DNA from: Euprymna scolopes | Lineage: Eukaryota | Assembly (NCBI GenBank): GCA_053919585.1 | Contig: CM132783.1 | Length of the DNA: 64,000 nt | Direction: 5' to 3' (one strand) | Shown: piece after piece, positions 11,000 through 24,679 of the stretch | Position numbering within the stretch: position 1 is the stretch's first letter | Layout of the letters: each line of letters begins with the position of its first letter | Made by a program: the position numbers and the translations under genes | The notes under the pieces: model-generated | The model's input: the letters and a program-made list of their open reading frames with translations, nothing else | Databases searched by the model: none | Told to the model about the DNA's origin: nothing

Positions 11000-12000
11000 T
11001 AACGGTGAGCATCTTTGTATTCAGTTGTAGCAGTATTGACGGTCGAATAAGTGATACCACTCTTCAAATCAGGAAAACAACGTACAAGTAAACTAGTTTT
11101 TATTACAAATTAAATTAGCAAAATGGTGCCTGAAAATTAATTTAATTGATTTTGTCATCTGACATATTAAGTTGATAGTATCCACGCTCATTTACTTATT
11201 CTCTTACTTTACCCCGTATTCTAAATGTTTTACCCATAAATGCAGGAGTAGACATCTTCTCATCGGAGTAAAACACATTTGTAGCTATTGGGTGGTTTTG
11301 CGTCCAGAATAATAATTAGAGGATATATACTATCTTATTTAGATACCGAAGAATACAACACCAATTATAAGATATGAGAAGCATAAGTGATTAATAACAG
11401 ATGTGGGTAAAACCCATGGGTAAAAAACATTTTTTTAAGATTAAAAACATAACTTATATACTTAATTTGTTAAATAAGCTATCGTAGCACGTTCTGGGTC
11501 TGTCTCATTAAATTAATTATGAAATTATAGACGCCTTGTAGTAATCAATGTACCGAACACATCAAGTGACCTGAATTATCTCCCTTTAGCTGTTATAGGA
11601 AATAAAAATCAACCCAATTTTCTACAGAATTAACTAGTAGCAATTAACCACATAATTGGATTATCTCCCTTCATAATTGTCTTTAGAAAGGATATAGAAA
11701 CATATTTAAGTAGAATGACAATAAATTTTAAACATTAAATAATAATAAATAGATTAGAATACCTCACTCGAAACGTTATACAAGGATTTATATATAATAC
11801 AGCCTTTATATTTACTCTCATATTCAATTAAACTTCAAACTTAAAATGGTCCTATCTAAGTACTATAATAACGATAACCTGTAAACATTACTCGTCACTA
11901 ATACGAACCTAAAATTAACAATAACGTTATTGCAAAGTTGTTACGGCCATACCATAAATATAGAGATAAACATTTTAAAAATGTTTTTTTTTTAATTATT
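11000..12000 (-). mobile_element. Highly decayed Penelope-like RT remnant (tentative)
   Basis: Scattered minus-strand motifs KGDNPI, SLDV and PMG in the expected order; many stops. Confidence 0.35.
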
Positions 12001-12421
12001 TATAGGGAAATAAAGAAACAGTGAGATCTAATTTAGGAACTCAAAGAATGGGGTATATAACTTTTTTTTAATGGCTAAGGGTTTCTGTTAAAACTTCTCA
12101 TTACTCTGTTCTTAAATAAGGATACGAAAATTTGGCGATATATTAATATTTAAATGGGCTTTTCCATATCTACAACAGAGGTGCATGTTTCTCACATGCT
12201 TTTCCCGTGAAGGGAATTTTTTTTTCTTTTTCCTCAAAACATGCTCTATTGTTAAAAGTGTTTATTCATAAAGTCTTAAGAAATGCTGGTTTTGGAAAAT
12301 GTTCAAACGATATAATGTTTGAAATTATTCGACTGGGCATGGAGACAATTGTAACGTTAAATGAAATACACTTTTTGTTGCTATCAACACCCTTCTTGAA
12401 GTCTTTATTTTGCTTTCACGG

Positions 12422-12501
<80 letters not shown>

Positions 12502-12599
12502 TGGCAATTTATAATTATTTTTTTTTATTTAATTTAAATTATTTGATTTCTTAAAGCCCTTTTACAGCAAATGCATTTAAATAGGTAATTCACTGAAAT

Positions 12600-13170
12600 T
12601 GGATTTAACCTGGCTTACCTAAAGAGGATGCATCTTAGTTACTCCGAAAAAGCTGCGCCCCAATCCACGTAAATCCTAAACGTGTTTAATTCCATATGAC
12701 ACTGCGACAACAACCCGGCAGCCCACTAGTGATAGCTACCCACCTGTTTTACTTGTATTTCCCTTTCTTCATTCAGTATTACCTGTCTGTTTTCTCTTTC
12801 CACCTACCCCTCTTCCTCTCTCCATCTCTATCTCTCTCCCCTATCCCTATACTCCAATTTCGTGTTGAATCTTTAAAGTAAATTGCATCCCCGTTCGATG
12901 TTTATTTATTTATTCATTTAATTATTAAATCTTAAAACTTCAACGTTTTCAGATCAAAAAGAAGATACCCCCTTTTTCTTTCCTTCGTCCTCTTCTAATA
13001 TCGTCTTTCTAAATCATAATAACCACTTCTGTTCAAAGCTGACGAAGATGCTGGAACGTTGATAAGATTCGGTAACAGAAACATGTTTAACTAAACAGAT
13101 TAAACTCAGAAAATTGGTAAAAAAACATTTTGTTTGCTCTGCAATAGCATTGACCACCTTCTTCGTGCTT
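12600..13170 (+). mobile_element. Penelope-type pLTR fragment with hammerhead motif (same family as 41390-41990)
   Basis: CT-rich tract, AACCACTT, CTGACGAAG...GAAACATG, AAACAGAT, GGTAAAAAAA, TTTGCTCTGCAATAG in the same order as the 41.8-kb copy. Confidence 0.7.
13036..13092 (+). ncRNA. Degenerate type I hammerhead motif
   Basis: CTGACGA 13039-13045, imperfect long stem II, GAAAC-ATGT-TTA (cleavage triplet G to T changed). Confidence 0.55.
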
Positions 13171-15498
13171 NNNNNNNNNNNNNNNNNNNNNNNNNNNNNN
13201 NNNNNNNNNNNNNNNNNNNNNNNNNNNNNNNNNNNNNNNNNNNNNNNNNNNNNNNNNNNNNNNNNNNNNNNNNNNNNNNNNNNNNNNNNNNNNNNNNNNN
13301 NNNNNNNNNNNNNNNNNNNNNNNNNNNNNNNNNNNNNNNNNNNNNNNNNNNNNNNNNNNNNNNNNNNNNNNNNNNNNNNNNNNNNNNNNNNNNTTTATCA
13401 TGTGTGAGTTTATGTATGAGTATGGATTTTAAATACGCGTGGGTACAAATAAAGCAAAGAGAGAATGTAGTTAATGAATATCTCAATCTTTAACTCACGA
13501 TACTTCAAAATATAAAAATCGAAACTTATTTACAAAGTTATGAAGTAAATTGACAAAAAAAAATGCGTGCAAATCGGACTTTCTATCTTTATAACACCAC
13601 TACTGAATTACTCTTTTTGAACTTCTCCATCTTATGTCGTTGGCATCTTCTCAACAATTCCTAAGACTGTCACAGGCAATTTTCGTCTATTGTTGTGGGG
13701 TGTTTAAAAGCCAACGCAGCAAACGTTCAAGGGTGTAGGATACGAGGTGCGAGCAAAGGATGTAGGTTCAACAGAGCCTCAAGCACCAATTGCATGAATT
13801 GGCAAGAAGAAGAAAACTAACGTTGGTAGAAAAATAAAGAAAATATGTTAATCTTAATGACATCGAGTTTGAAAGAACACAAACAGAATAAATGTAATGA
13901 AGAAACAGAATAAGATTGAAAAAGGAAGAGAAGAATGGGGAATACAAACTGATTATTAAAATAACAAGAATAGCTGAATAAAACAACAAAAATTGGTAGT
14001 TAAAGTAATATACTAAATAATGAAGTCGAAGAAAAACGATTACTAAGTAAGAAACACTTGATGGCACTTATATTGATGTTGATAATCATGTTGAGGTTAC
14101 GATGGGACAGTGCCGGATATAGACTACAAAAGTAATATTCACTAAAATATATGAAAACAATATTATACGGAATGAAATATCAAGAATAATATAGGAAGAA
14201 TAATGTAAAATAAAAATAGGAATGTACGTACTTTAAATAAAACATCAGTTAATTGCAGTTTCGCATTCTATGTGAACACGATAAAAGCAAGAACTATAGT
14301 TACAATGATAAAAAATAACAATAATTATAAGATTAGCAACAATAAAATAAAAACAAAAGGCTGACAGTAATAATATCATTAACAGCAATAGTAGAAACTA
14401 TAATAAACGTAATATGACAATAAAAAGAAGTAAAAGGGAAAAGAATAAAAAATAGGACTAAAAAAGAGAGGGGAAAAGAAAAAAAAATGGTTATTGCAGG
14501 CCTGCAATAAAAGAAGATAAACAGCTACAATGATAGAAACAGAGAAAAATATCAAAGAAGTGTTCGAATGAGTAAAAATTTCAGCAGCGCAAGAAACAAA
14601 AGAATAAAACGGNNNNNNNNNNNNNNNNNNNNNNNNNNNNNNNNNNNNNNNNNNNNNNNNNNNNNNNNNNNNNNNNNNNNNNNNNNNNNNNNNNNNNNNN
14701 NNNNNNNNNNNNNNNNNNNNNNNNNNNNNNNNNNNNNNNNNNNNNNNNNNNNNNNNNNNNNNNNNNNNNNNNNNNNNNNNNNNNNNNNNNNNNNNNNNNN
14801 NNNNNNNNNNNNNNNNNNNNNNNNNNNNNNNNNNNNNNNNNNNNNNNNNNNNNNNNNNNNNNNNNNNNNNNNNNNNNNNNNNNNNNNNNNNNNNNNNNNN
14901 NNNNNNNNNNNNNNNNNNNNNNNNNNNNNNNNNNNNNNNNNNNNNNNNNNNNNNNNNNNNNNNNNNNNNNNNNNNNNNNNNNNAGAAAAGCAGAAGAAAA
15001 AGATGAAGATCGTGATGAGAATAAAAAAAGATAATCAACAAAAACAAAATTAAGAAAAGCATTGTATGAGAGGAATAAGGAAATATGCTTGAATGGGAAT
15101 AGAAATTATTGTTTATTCACCAGGTGTTCTTACTCAGTTCATCATCAGAGATGATTCACTGACAACAACCATTCAGGTTTGTTCAACAACAAGTCTCCCC
15201 AGATGTTCAATACTTTCCACCTTTTTGGGTAACTTTTCATATGAATCCGTTATTGCAACAGCTGCTTCCAACTGACTTTTCGCTTTAAACGACCATTGGC
15301 CTTTCCTGGTATTTTGGTAGGGATACGCTCCCCAGACTTCCCGTCTCCTCAAACGAAGGTTTACTTAGAGTTGTCTCTTCTAGTTCATTGTCCCTTCACA
15401 CCCATTTAATCTCGTATCAGCCGATACTATGTTTTTTTTTGTTTAAAATTGTAATATATTTTACATTTATATTTCATTTATTATTTATTTGTTTGCTG

Positions 15499-15558
<60 letters not shown>

Positions 15559-15776
15559 CAATCTCTCACATTCTGAAAATCATCATAAGTTGCTCGCTTG
15601 GTAAGCATTGCTGGATGGCATTGTCCTTAAAAACTCCTACTTGTGAGACATCGGCTTGGGGTTATTGGCTGGTTGGATGACCGCGTCCCTTGTTGAGACG
15701 AAGTAGGTTCATTTCACAGTCGGATTTCGACGCGGTTTGCTTGATCTGTGTTGGTTAATAGAAATTCTTGTGTGCA

Positions 15777-15848
15777 GGGCGTTTGCTCAATTGGTAGAGT
15801 GCTTGCCTTGAATGCAAGAGGCTCGGGTTTCGAATCCTGAGTTCGGAT
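15777..15848 (+). pseudogene. tRNA-derived head (Ala-like scaffold; anticodon loop reads TGA; acceptor stem unpaired)
   Basis: A box TGCTCAATTGGTAGAG, D stem GCTC/GAGT, anticodon stem CTTGC/GCAAG around CTTGAAT, B box GGTTTCGAATCC within CTCGG/CTGAG. Confidence 0.8.
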
Positions 15849-15850
15849 GT

Positions 15851-15895
15851 GTCTAATTGATGAACCCAAATGAGGGCGAAAGTCGAGTCTTGGAC
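15851..15895 (+). ncRNA. Type I hammerhead motif fused to the tRNA head
   Basis: GTCTAA-TTGATGA-ACCC-AAATGA-GGGC-GAAA-G-TCGA-GTC-TTGGAC: 6-bp stem I, CCC/GGG stem II, TCGA palindromic loop; C3 to U and C15.2 to G changes. Confidence 0.75.
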
Positions 15896-15954
15896 TTCCG
15901 GTTCTTTGACTGTAATGGCTCTTGTGGGCTGTGACGTTGTTTGGCTGTGGAATT

Positions 15955-16011
<57 letters not shown>

Positions 16012-16555
16012 GGATTCGATACCTTACAGTATTAATTGCCTTGTGTTGTTGTTTTTTTCTGTTGCTTTCACTTGCAACTGGGTAATACTCATATTTATGT
16101 GATTCAGTTGTATCATTCGAGGATTTTCATGAGAAGCTGGAATTTTGCCGCTAATGTTTACTGTAGAGCCTCAGTCATCTCAATTGCAATAAGTAATAAA
16201 GGTCATAGTCAACTAGTATCAAAGCAATTAACTATTGTTATAACGCAAATCATTGAAAAGAATCGTCGCAATTTTTGAAGCCTTGTAGCATATCCGAGAA
16301 CATAAGTTTCCAGGAACATCACTGGTAAATATCATTGATGATGACCTATGAGGACTCCGCGTAAGTCTCNNNNNNNNNNNNNNNNNNNNNNNNNNNNNNN
16401 NNNNNNNNNNNNNNNNNNNNNNNNNNNNNNNNNNNNNNNNNNNNNNNNNNNNNNNNNNNNNNNNNNNNNNNNNNNNNNNNNNNNNNNNNNNNNNNNNNNN
16501 NNNNNNNNNNNNNNNNNNNNNNNNNNNNNNNNNNNNNNNNNNNNNNNNNNNNNNN

Positions 16556-16857
16556 TAAAAATTAACAATAATAATTAAGAATTATGATAATAAAAATTAA
16601 CAATAATAATTAATAATTATACTTAATAATAATTAATAATAATAATGATACTAATAATAATAATTAATAATAATACATTTTATTAATAATAATTAATAAT
16701 GATAATCAATAATAATTAATTATAATAAATAATAATCAATAATAATTAATAATAATTTATAATAATGATTAATAATAATTAATAATAATTAATCATAATA
16801 GTAATAATTAACAATAATAATTAAATATAATGATAATAGTTAATAATCACAATAAGA

Positions 16858-16912
<55 letters not shown>
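16556..16912. repeat. Degenerate (AAT)n tract switching to perfect (ATT)n
   Basis: Directly visible; switch near 16858. Confidence 0.95.
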
Positions 16913-16914
<2 letters not shown>

Positions 16915-17740
16915 GGTAGTTCAATTCATTGTTACTAGTGGCCGTACAGATATAAATTACATGATAAAGCATGTATTCTTAAATAAAAGTTGTTAACTAT
17001 AAATCACGCGATAGGCTAATGCGGCAGTCTAGCCCAAGAGAAATATATAAATATATAAATATATAAATACTGTATATCGCAACAGTACAGAAAAATATAC
17101 ATTAAAATCAGAGCAAAATAATACAAACAAAAAACCCTCAAACATTGCAATACAAAAACAAACTTATTTAAATTAAAAATGGGTTAATATGTAAGGAAAC
17201 CAATAGTGAACTTAGTAGCTTAATCCGATCAATGTGAAAAGTAAGAGTGGCTCAGAGAACAGTTTCAAAATTAGTGCAAAACTAAAGCAAACGTATATAA
17301 AACAGTGAAAATACGACGAGTGCAGTTTCAATTGATAAGAAAAACGAAATAATAAACCACATTATCAGTAAAATCAATTGTGCACTAGTTCAATGGTATC
17401 TTCAATAACGATGGAGGCTAAAAGCACGATCATGACTTTTATTTAAAAAAATATATCAGATATGATACTTAGTTTTTAATTAAAACAAACTCCTTCAAGC
17501 TAAAAGAGCATAACAATCAACATTAAGAAAAGAAATGGAATAAATTTACCTACGCAGATGTGACGGTGAAAGAAACATATAAAAGAAAGAAAGACGTCTA
17601 CATATTTAGAGAAAAGAGAACTTATGAAAGGTGAAAAGTACAATAGTATCAATGACGATAACACTATTAATGCTAGTTTAGATATCGAAGAAAGGTGATA
17701 AGATATTAAAATCAAATAAATAATGGGAAGAGTACAATTC

Positions 17741-17807
<67 letters not shown>

Positions 17808-18896
17808 CCATCTTATACATTGAACTAAATTATAGAATGCTGAAAAGAAAACAAATAAGCATTTCAGCTTAGTAAATTAAATTTAATAATGTTGGCATGG
17901 GAGTCAACTTTATTATAAAAAAAAAATAATTGAGGTTTAAAGGGTCTGATAAATAAGCATTATTCTTTTTATTTAATAAGACTTATTCAGTAGCTATGTT
18001 CAAGACAATAAAACAACGTTATATTTTGTAGTATGTTATAGCGTAAAGAAAAGAAGATACCAATGATTATCTAATGCACACTAAGCCAGTAGAAACGAGA
18101 ATCGCTAAGATTTTGAGATCACATTTAATTGTCTTTCTTCCTATATTTGGCTGGAATCTTGTTCATAACTCATGTTTTGTTGAAAGAGAAAAGTAAGGGG
18201 TTAAAAGAAACATTCATATTGATAATAATGCGATTTATTGAGTAGGGACGTTTTGAAACGATTAATCGATGTGTTTATACTTGTTATAATTAGTAGCATA
18301 TAATACTGGCCTTTTAATTTTTGAGTTAATGTGTAATGGTAAAATCGCATTGTATGTAAGATATTAATGGAACATAAACAATGACTCATAGTGTATATAG
18401 CATCTCCATCATCAAGACTCCTACAGTGCCTCCACGTTGCCACACGACTAACTCCTACCCCCCAGTTTTGTGGATGTCCTTGGTTCGGCGAAGACTAAGG
18501 AAACCAACCCCAAAATGAAACATCACTGCCTTGTGAGTATTATCACAGCAAAATACTTGGAGATGGGAATTCTGACTTATAATCCTACTGCTGCCTTTCA
18601 GTTTTCCTTAAAAAGCTATGAAAACTCATCCAGAAAGGAAAGGCGTAGTAGCGGAAACAATAGGGCGACTGCCTACTTCACTGAGATTAAGTTGCTGCCT
18701 CCTCTGCTGCTAGTCGTCGCGGGTTTGTTCCACTGGAAATGAGCATTGGAGATTGAGAGAGTGTTTAACTTATACGCAACAGATACTACACCTCAACTGC
18801 GCAAGCAAGTTAAGAGCCAAGGGGAAAGTCCTCTATCGAAGGATAAAGAACGGAGGCCCCGACGACTAGTCATCGTCAAGGCTGACGGACTGCATG

Positions 18897-18972
<76 letters not shown>

Positions 18973-18973
<1 letters not shown>

Positions 18974-19030
18974 AGCAAACAGTTAATAAAACATGTTAAA
19001 AAACATTTTGAAAAAGAGTTAAGAACATTT
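18973..19030. mobile_element. Truncated copy of the ~100-bp MITE at 41024
   Basis: GAGCAAACAGTTAATAAAACATGTTAAAAAACATTTTGAAAAAGAGTTAAGAACA matches the reverse complement of the right half of 41024-41125. Confidence 0.75.
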
Positions 19031-20485
19031 TTTTACAAGGCGGTCACCACTTATCAAGGTCCAGAAGCCACTCAGGGATAAGGTTTATTGTAAGTACAGT
19101 ACGTTAGTGTGGATATTTAAAGTGTCTACTTAAAAGGAAGGTTCATCAGGTTTTTGTTTACGTTGGACTTGAAGACATCCAAGTTGTAGTAAGTGGGAAA
19201 CAGACAGGCGGAACAGAGTTCCACAGGCGTGCAATTCTAAGAAAGAAGCTTTGTTCATGGAATCCACGTTTTGATTTAGGCATAGATAAAGAGTGGAGAA
19301 AGTTTTTGACAGTGGATTCAGCTAGAAGGGCGTTTTTTGTGAAAGATTAGTGGGCGGGGACCAGAGATTGGAGTTCAGACGAGCACCTGCCACGGAAATA
19401 TCGATAAAACAAAGATAGACTTTAAACGTCTCTTCTGTGGGAGAGAGGTTGCAGGAAAGAGAAAAGGGCATCCCCCACTAAGCCACGAAGTCTATTTTGT
19501 ACTCTGTCAAGGCAGGATAGGTTGTTTTTAGCTGCTCCTGCCCAAATATGGCAGCAGTACTCCATCCGTGGACGTACTTGGCTTTTACATAGATAGAGAA
19601 TTGCATCAGTAGTGAGATATCTTCTGGAGCGGTAGAAGGATCCCACCATCTTTCCAGCGACCTTGACAAAAGTACGTGTTCCATTTCAGATCAGGAGTAA
19701 AGGTCAAGCCCAGAAGCTTGTCAAAACATGGGGCTTCTGCTAGACGAGAGCCATCCATTTCAATTGATGTCAGATGGGGATTCGACCGTTGATGATGTAA
19801 AGATAGGAGTTTGGTTTTAGATGCATTAAAGGTAACCAGCCACGTTTCCCCAACTCAACCACTCGTTCGAGATCAGAGAAGAAAGAATCAGAGAGAGCTT
19901 TGTCATTTACAGCCTTTTATGTGTTGCCGTAGATGGTCGTGTCATCAGCATAGATGTCAACGAATTATTTAAGTATGTGTTTAGGGAGGTCATTGATACA
20001 GATCAGGAAGAGAGTTGGCCCCAGGATTGACCCTTGTGGGGATCCAGCATTAATACTACATCCCTCTGATTTTTGTCCATCAACCACTACTCTTATGAGC
20101 CTATCAGAGAGAAATGATTTAATGATAGAGAGAATATTTCCATGTTATACCGTAGCTGGAGATCTTGTGCAGTAGGCCCTTATGCCATACCTTGTCGAAG
20201 GCCTTTGATATTTCAAGAGCAATTGCCCTGGAAAGGAAGGCTTTGTCAAGAGATTCACAAATCCTATGGTATATAACCGTTAGTACATCTGCGGTAGATC
20301 TAGCAGAACGGAAACCATATTGCGTGTCACTAAGAAGGTTGTTTCTGCTGAGGTGGTTAACAATTTCTCTGTTTAATATGGATTCCAGCAACTTACTCAT
20401 GACACACAGGAGACTTATTGGTCTTTACTGAGAAGGAGATGACTTATCACCTGAGTTCTTAAATACAGGACATACTGATGAGGTT
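19030..20485 (-). mobile_element. CR1/L2-group LINE family B, 5'-truncated (RT to 3' end)
   Basis: QYGFRSARSTADVL, ALEISKAFDKVWHKGLL, PQGSILGP, IYADDTT, MEYCCHIWAGAAKNNLSCLDRVQNR. Confidence 0.95.
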
Positions 20486-20869
20486 AGGAATTAGCAAAAT
20501 CCGGGATCGGATTTTGAATGCAAAAGTATTTGATGAAACTGCAAGTAAGTCAAAGATCTTACTTGATAACAAAAACTGAAGCAGAGGGAATATGGTGAAG
20601 AAAAAAATGATTACACGTAAGTGAATAGTCCGGCGAAAGGTAACTTATCCAATAACGGTAAAATCCAAAAATATAAATCCAAGAAAGTTAATTGAATTTC
20701 CATTCGCACAAGTTAAATCCAAGGAAATCACATAATTGGAAGATGGTCCAAAATAATCCAAAAGACCGAAAACCATGGAATAATTCACAAATATGTACAA
20801 GGAAAAGGGAAAAAATTCCAATAATATTAATAAAAGAAAAATAAGATATGCGTTTGACACGGCTGCCGA

Positions 20870-20948
<79 letters not shown>

Positions 20949-21769
20949 AACTCTCCCGTTGATTTCGCCATATGAATTTCTGCCACAAAGCAAAGGTGAT
21001 AAGTGTATTAATGTAGAGGCGTTGTGTAGAAGAAGCCAGACATTTTGATGTTGCTGTTAATCTTTGTTGCTGCAGATGACTGCGACAAAACAGAGCATAC
21101 AGTATACAGTATACCGCAATTTTTTCCATTAGAGTTTACTTCCCTTGGATGCATGTCTTTACGGAGACTGGGGGTGCATCTCATCAAGGTAATGTATGCA
21201 CCTCAGATCCATACCTAGAAAAACTTACGACTCGGCGGGGTATAAACAGCACCTATACTTTCCAAATGGTTACGTATCGAGTACTGTGTGTGCGTGTTTG
21301 TGTGTGTATGTGTGTGTTCGTTTGTATGTGTTTAATAGTAAATATACCAAGGTTATTAAGGTCGAAATCGTATCGCAGTCTATATCTCAATGCAATATAA
21401 TGTATGTTACAGAGAGGATTATTCTTAAGCCAATGGCAGTTGAAATTTCTAACATTTCTTTGGTTTCTTTCAAATGCCTTTGATCGTAGAAATGAGGGGA
21501 TATTGCTTCGTTTTAATGATCCCCTAAAACAACTATAACAGAGAGTACTATAGCCATTGGGAACGAGTAATAGTTTCGTGATAATTTTTTTAACAAAATT
21601 AGCTGGCAACGATGGTCAATTGTCACTTTAAATTGATCAGTTTAATGATGATGACGAAATAGGAATACAAATATTTTTATCTCTTTATATGCGTGTGTTT
21701 GCATATGCATGTTTTTGTGAGGCGTGTGTGTACATATCTAAATAGCCCCTACACCTATAAAGTTGTCAC

Positions 21770-23240
21770 ACATGGTCTTAAGTAAAAATGCTTCCCAACA
21801 CTATAGAACACTTCGTCAGTCTTCAACATACTTACAAGTTTCGAAGATCGGCCATGGGTACATGCTGATCTTTATCCTGAGCACCATGAGCAAATTGTTC
21901 GAATATGTGATAAACAATGTGGTCCACCGCCTCAGCAAAAATAACCCGATACGTAAAATGAAATAAGGTGTATGTTCTTGGTGACATACAGCTGCTGTAC
22001 TAACTGTAATATCACACAGGATTAGTTACTCTCGACAGGACTTCGTTTCTAGAGCAATAGCTCTTGGCATATCAAAGGCATAACGGTGTTACATAGACAA
22101 GATCTTCAGTACTGAAATACTTTGAAATGTTCTCGCAATTATTATTTTTCTCTGATAGTCTCATAAGAATAGTCGTTGATTAGCAGAAATCAGACACGCA
22201 TAGCATTAACGCTGGTGTCCCTTAATGTTTCATCCTGGGTCCAATTCTCTTCCTATCTTTATCACTGATCTTCCAAATCACATTCGTAAATCATTCGTAG
22301 ACATTTATGCAGACGACACTTATAACTATGTCAACACTTCAAAGACCAGCAATGACTAAGATTTTCTGATTCCTTTTCTTTTGAATTTGATGCAATGGGG
22401 GAAAAATTAGTAAATTTTAATTCATCGAAAACCAAGCTTATCTCCTTATATCATAATCTCTCTAACCCTATCACACGCCGATTAAAATAAGTGGGTCTCG
22501 TTTTGGGAAAGCTGCATGGGTTTACAAGCTTCTTGGACTAACTTTCATTCTTGATCTGAAATGGAACACATATAGGAAATATGTTGCAAAGATCACTGGA
22601 GAAAATATTTTTGATCACTCTACCGCTCTAGGAGAAACTTCATTGCCGATGCAATTCCCTATCTCTATAAAAGGCAGATACGCCCCAAAATCCTAAAATG
22701 GAGTACTATTGAGGCATCTGGGCAGGAACTGCTTAGCGCGTCATATCCAACTTAGATAGAGTTCAAAACCTGCTTCCCAGGCTCTAAGTAATGTACTTCT
22801 CTCTTTCCTTTAACCTCCTTCCCACACAAGATACTTTGCGAGCCTGTTTCTGCTCTTTGTTATTTTCCTAGTAAGTGCTCGACTGAACTCCAATTTATGG
22901 TTCCCCTATCGACAAACTTTCACAAAGAACACTCGATTAGCTACAAACATTATAAACAATATCCCCTGAATCTTAATTACTGCGTAAATTCAGATTCATA
23001 TATCATGAATAATTTTTTTCTTCGAAACGTCTCGCTGCTGGAACAAATTTAAACTGTCCTGCTTCCCAGATAAATACAACATGTTAGCATTCAAATCCAA
23101 TGTAAACAAGTCCTCGTTGAGACCTCCCCTATAAAAAAATAAATTCTAACCAATTTACACCATTAACGATTACTACGGTACCATCATCTCCTTGCGAGTG
23201 TGTTTCGAGACTTAACAGGTGGTAACACCCAAATAAAAAA
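21770..23240 (+). mobile_element. CR1/L2-group LINE family B-related copy, heavily decayed
   Basis: MSKLFEY, RAIALGISKA, INAGVP, VDIYADDT, MEYY*GIWAG; A-rich 3' end near 23232-23240. Confidence 0.88.
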
Positions 23241-24679
23241 TCACACATTAAGTTTAACAGTTTATTCTCATTAAAATTTTACCGGGGTAGGAAATGCACA
23301 TATTTCCGCACTTCTACACGCATCTACAATGGGATTTGGAAGGCATTATTCATTACCTTCAATGCTATTTTTATTTAATATTTAATCATATGCATAATGT
23401 ATTCTAGCGAACACATTAGGACGTAGTTGTTAATTTTATTATTCTACTTTAATACAATAGAGCTATCGCTATTGAACTTACTTTTACACAGTAAATATAT
23501 ACTATTTTAATGAAATCTTATTGTATATATTTCGATTTGAAGCAGATAACAACAGTGTAATCCCGAATTTGACCGTTGCCGTTTGTCTTTTGCACATAGA
23601 CTTCTAAATAAATCTGATCGTAATAAAATCAAAATGAAAAGAAAAAATTAGAATGATGTCATGAACAAATTAAAAATGTACATACTAATGAAACATACCC
23701 AATCCCGAGAAACGCCGTATTATACTGCTTTTGTTTTATATAGTATAGAATATTCTAGTTTTCCAATAATGCTTTATGCTACGCGACAAAGTTAGACTGT
23801 AGATGAGGTAATTTATCGATTAATACATCGAGGTAGATTGTCCTTAGGTTCTGTAAGGAAGCCATTATTGTATTTAGGCTTTATTAACACTGTTTAAAAT
23901 TGCACTTACGTACGTAAGAGAACTTTGCCTTAATGTTGTATTAATTAGTTTTACTAAAGAACCGAACGTGCTTCGATTAATAAAGTAACGATTTATTGCA
24001 TTGCCGTTCAAAATATATAAAAATACATATATTTCTTAGAATAGGATTTTCTATCTGCCCCTCTGTCCGTCAGTCAGAGGTTTTAAACGTGGAAAGACAC
24101 TTAGGTAATTATTGGTGTTATTTAAAGAAGGATAAACTCAATACTTTTTCAACACCTCTTATCAGTTAAAACCATTACATTCAATATTGCATTTTGCTAG
24201 GCATTGTTTACAAAATTCAGTGCTATGGTTTCTAGACTTTCATAACGTGTATTATTCAGTACGAATGAGAGACTCAAAGTTATAAACATAATACTCAAAA
24301 TGAGAACCCTGGTCTGAATAGTCCACATTAATCGAAATTAGTATTGCTTTTTACTTTTTTTTACATTTTACAGTCGACCAGGAATCATTTGCAAACATTG
24401 TTTCGCTTTACATTATTATTTACAGAGACCTTTTAGTGAATAAATCTGTTTGGTACTATTCTAAAACATTATTATCACTTATGCCATGAATTAAAGAGAA
24501 TAAAAGTCAACGTAAGCGTTTCTTCGTAAAGTATTTGCCAAACATATCACAGACACATTATACAAGGTTTATGCAATTTTACTGAAGTTTTTGAGGCAGG
24601 TTCATGTTAATCGCGGGATGGGGGAGGATGGCCGTAAAACTTAAACAACTTACACCATTATATGCAACGGTTTTTTTAT

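Larger units (their letters stand above)
15560..15957 (+). mobile_element. Candidate tRNA-hammerhead SINE/retrozyme-like unit between two (TA)n tracts
   Basis: GC-richer ~400-bp unit bounded by (TA)n at about 15501-15552 and 15958-16007, containing a tRNA-like head followed by an HHR. Confidence 0.65.

Noticed and set aside
15110-15155. HHR-like CTGATGA on the minus strand
   Set aside because: No GAAA or stem II recoverable; may be a decayed pLTR but unsupported.
15777-15848. Functional tRNA-Ser(TGA) gene
   Set aside because: Acceptor stem does not pair, T loop has an extra base, no long variable arm, and it is fused to an HHR.
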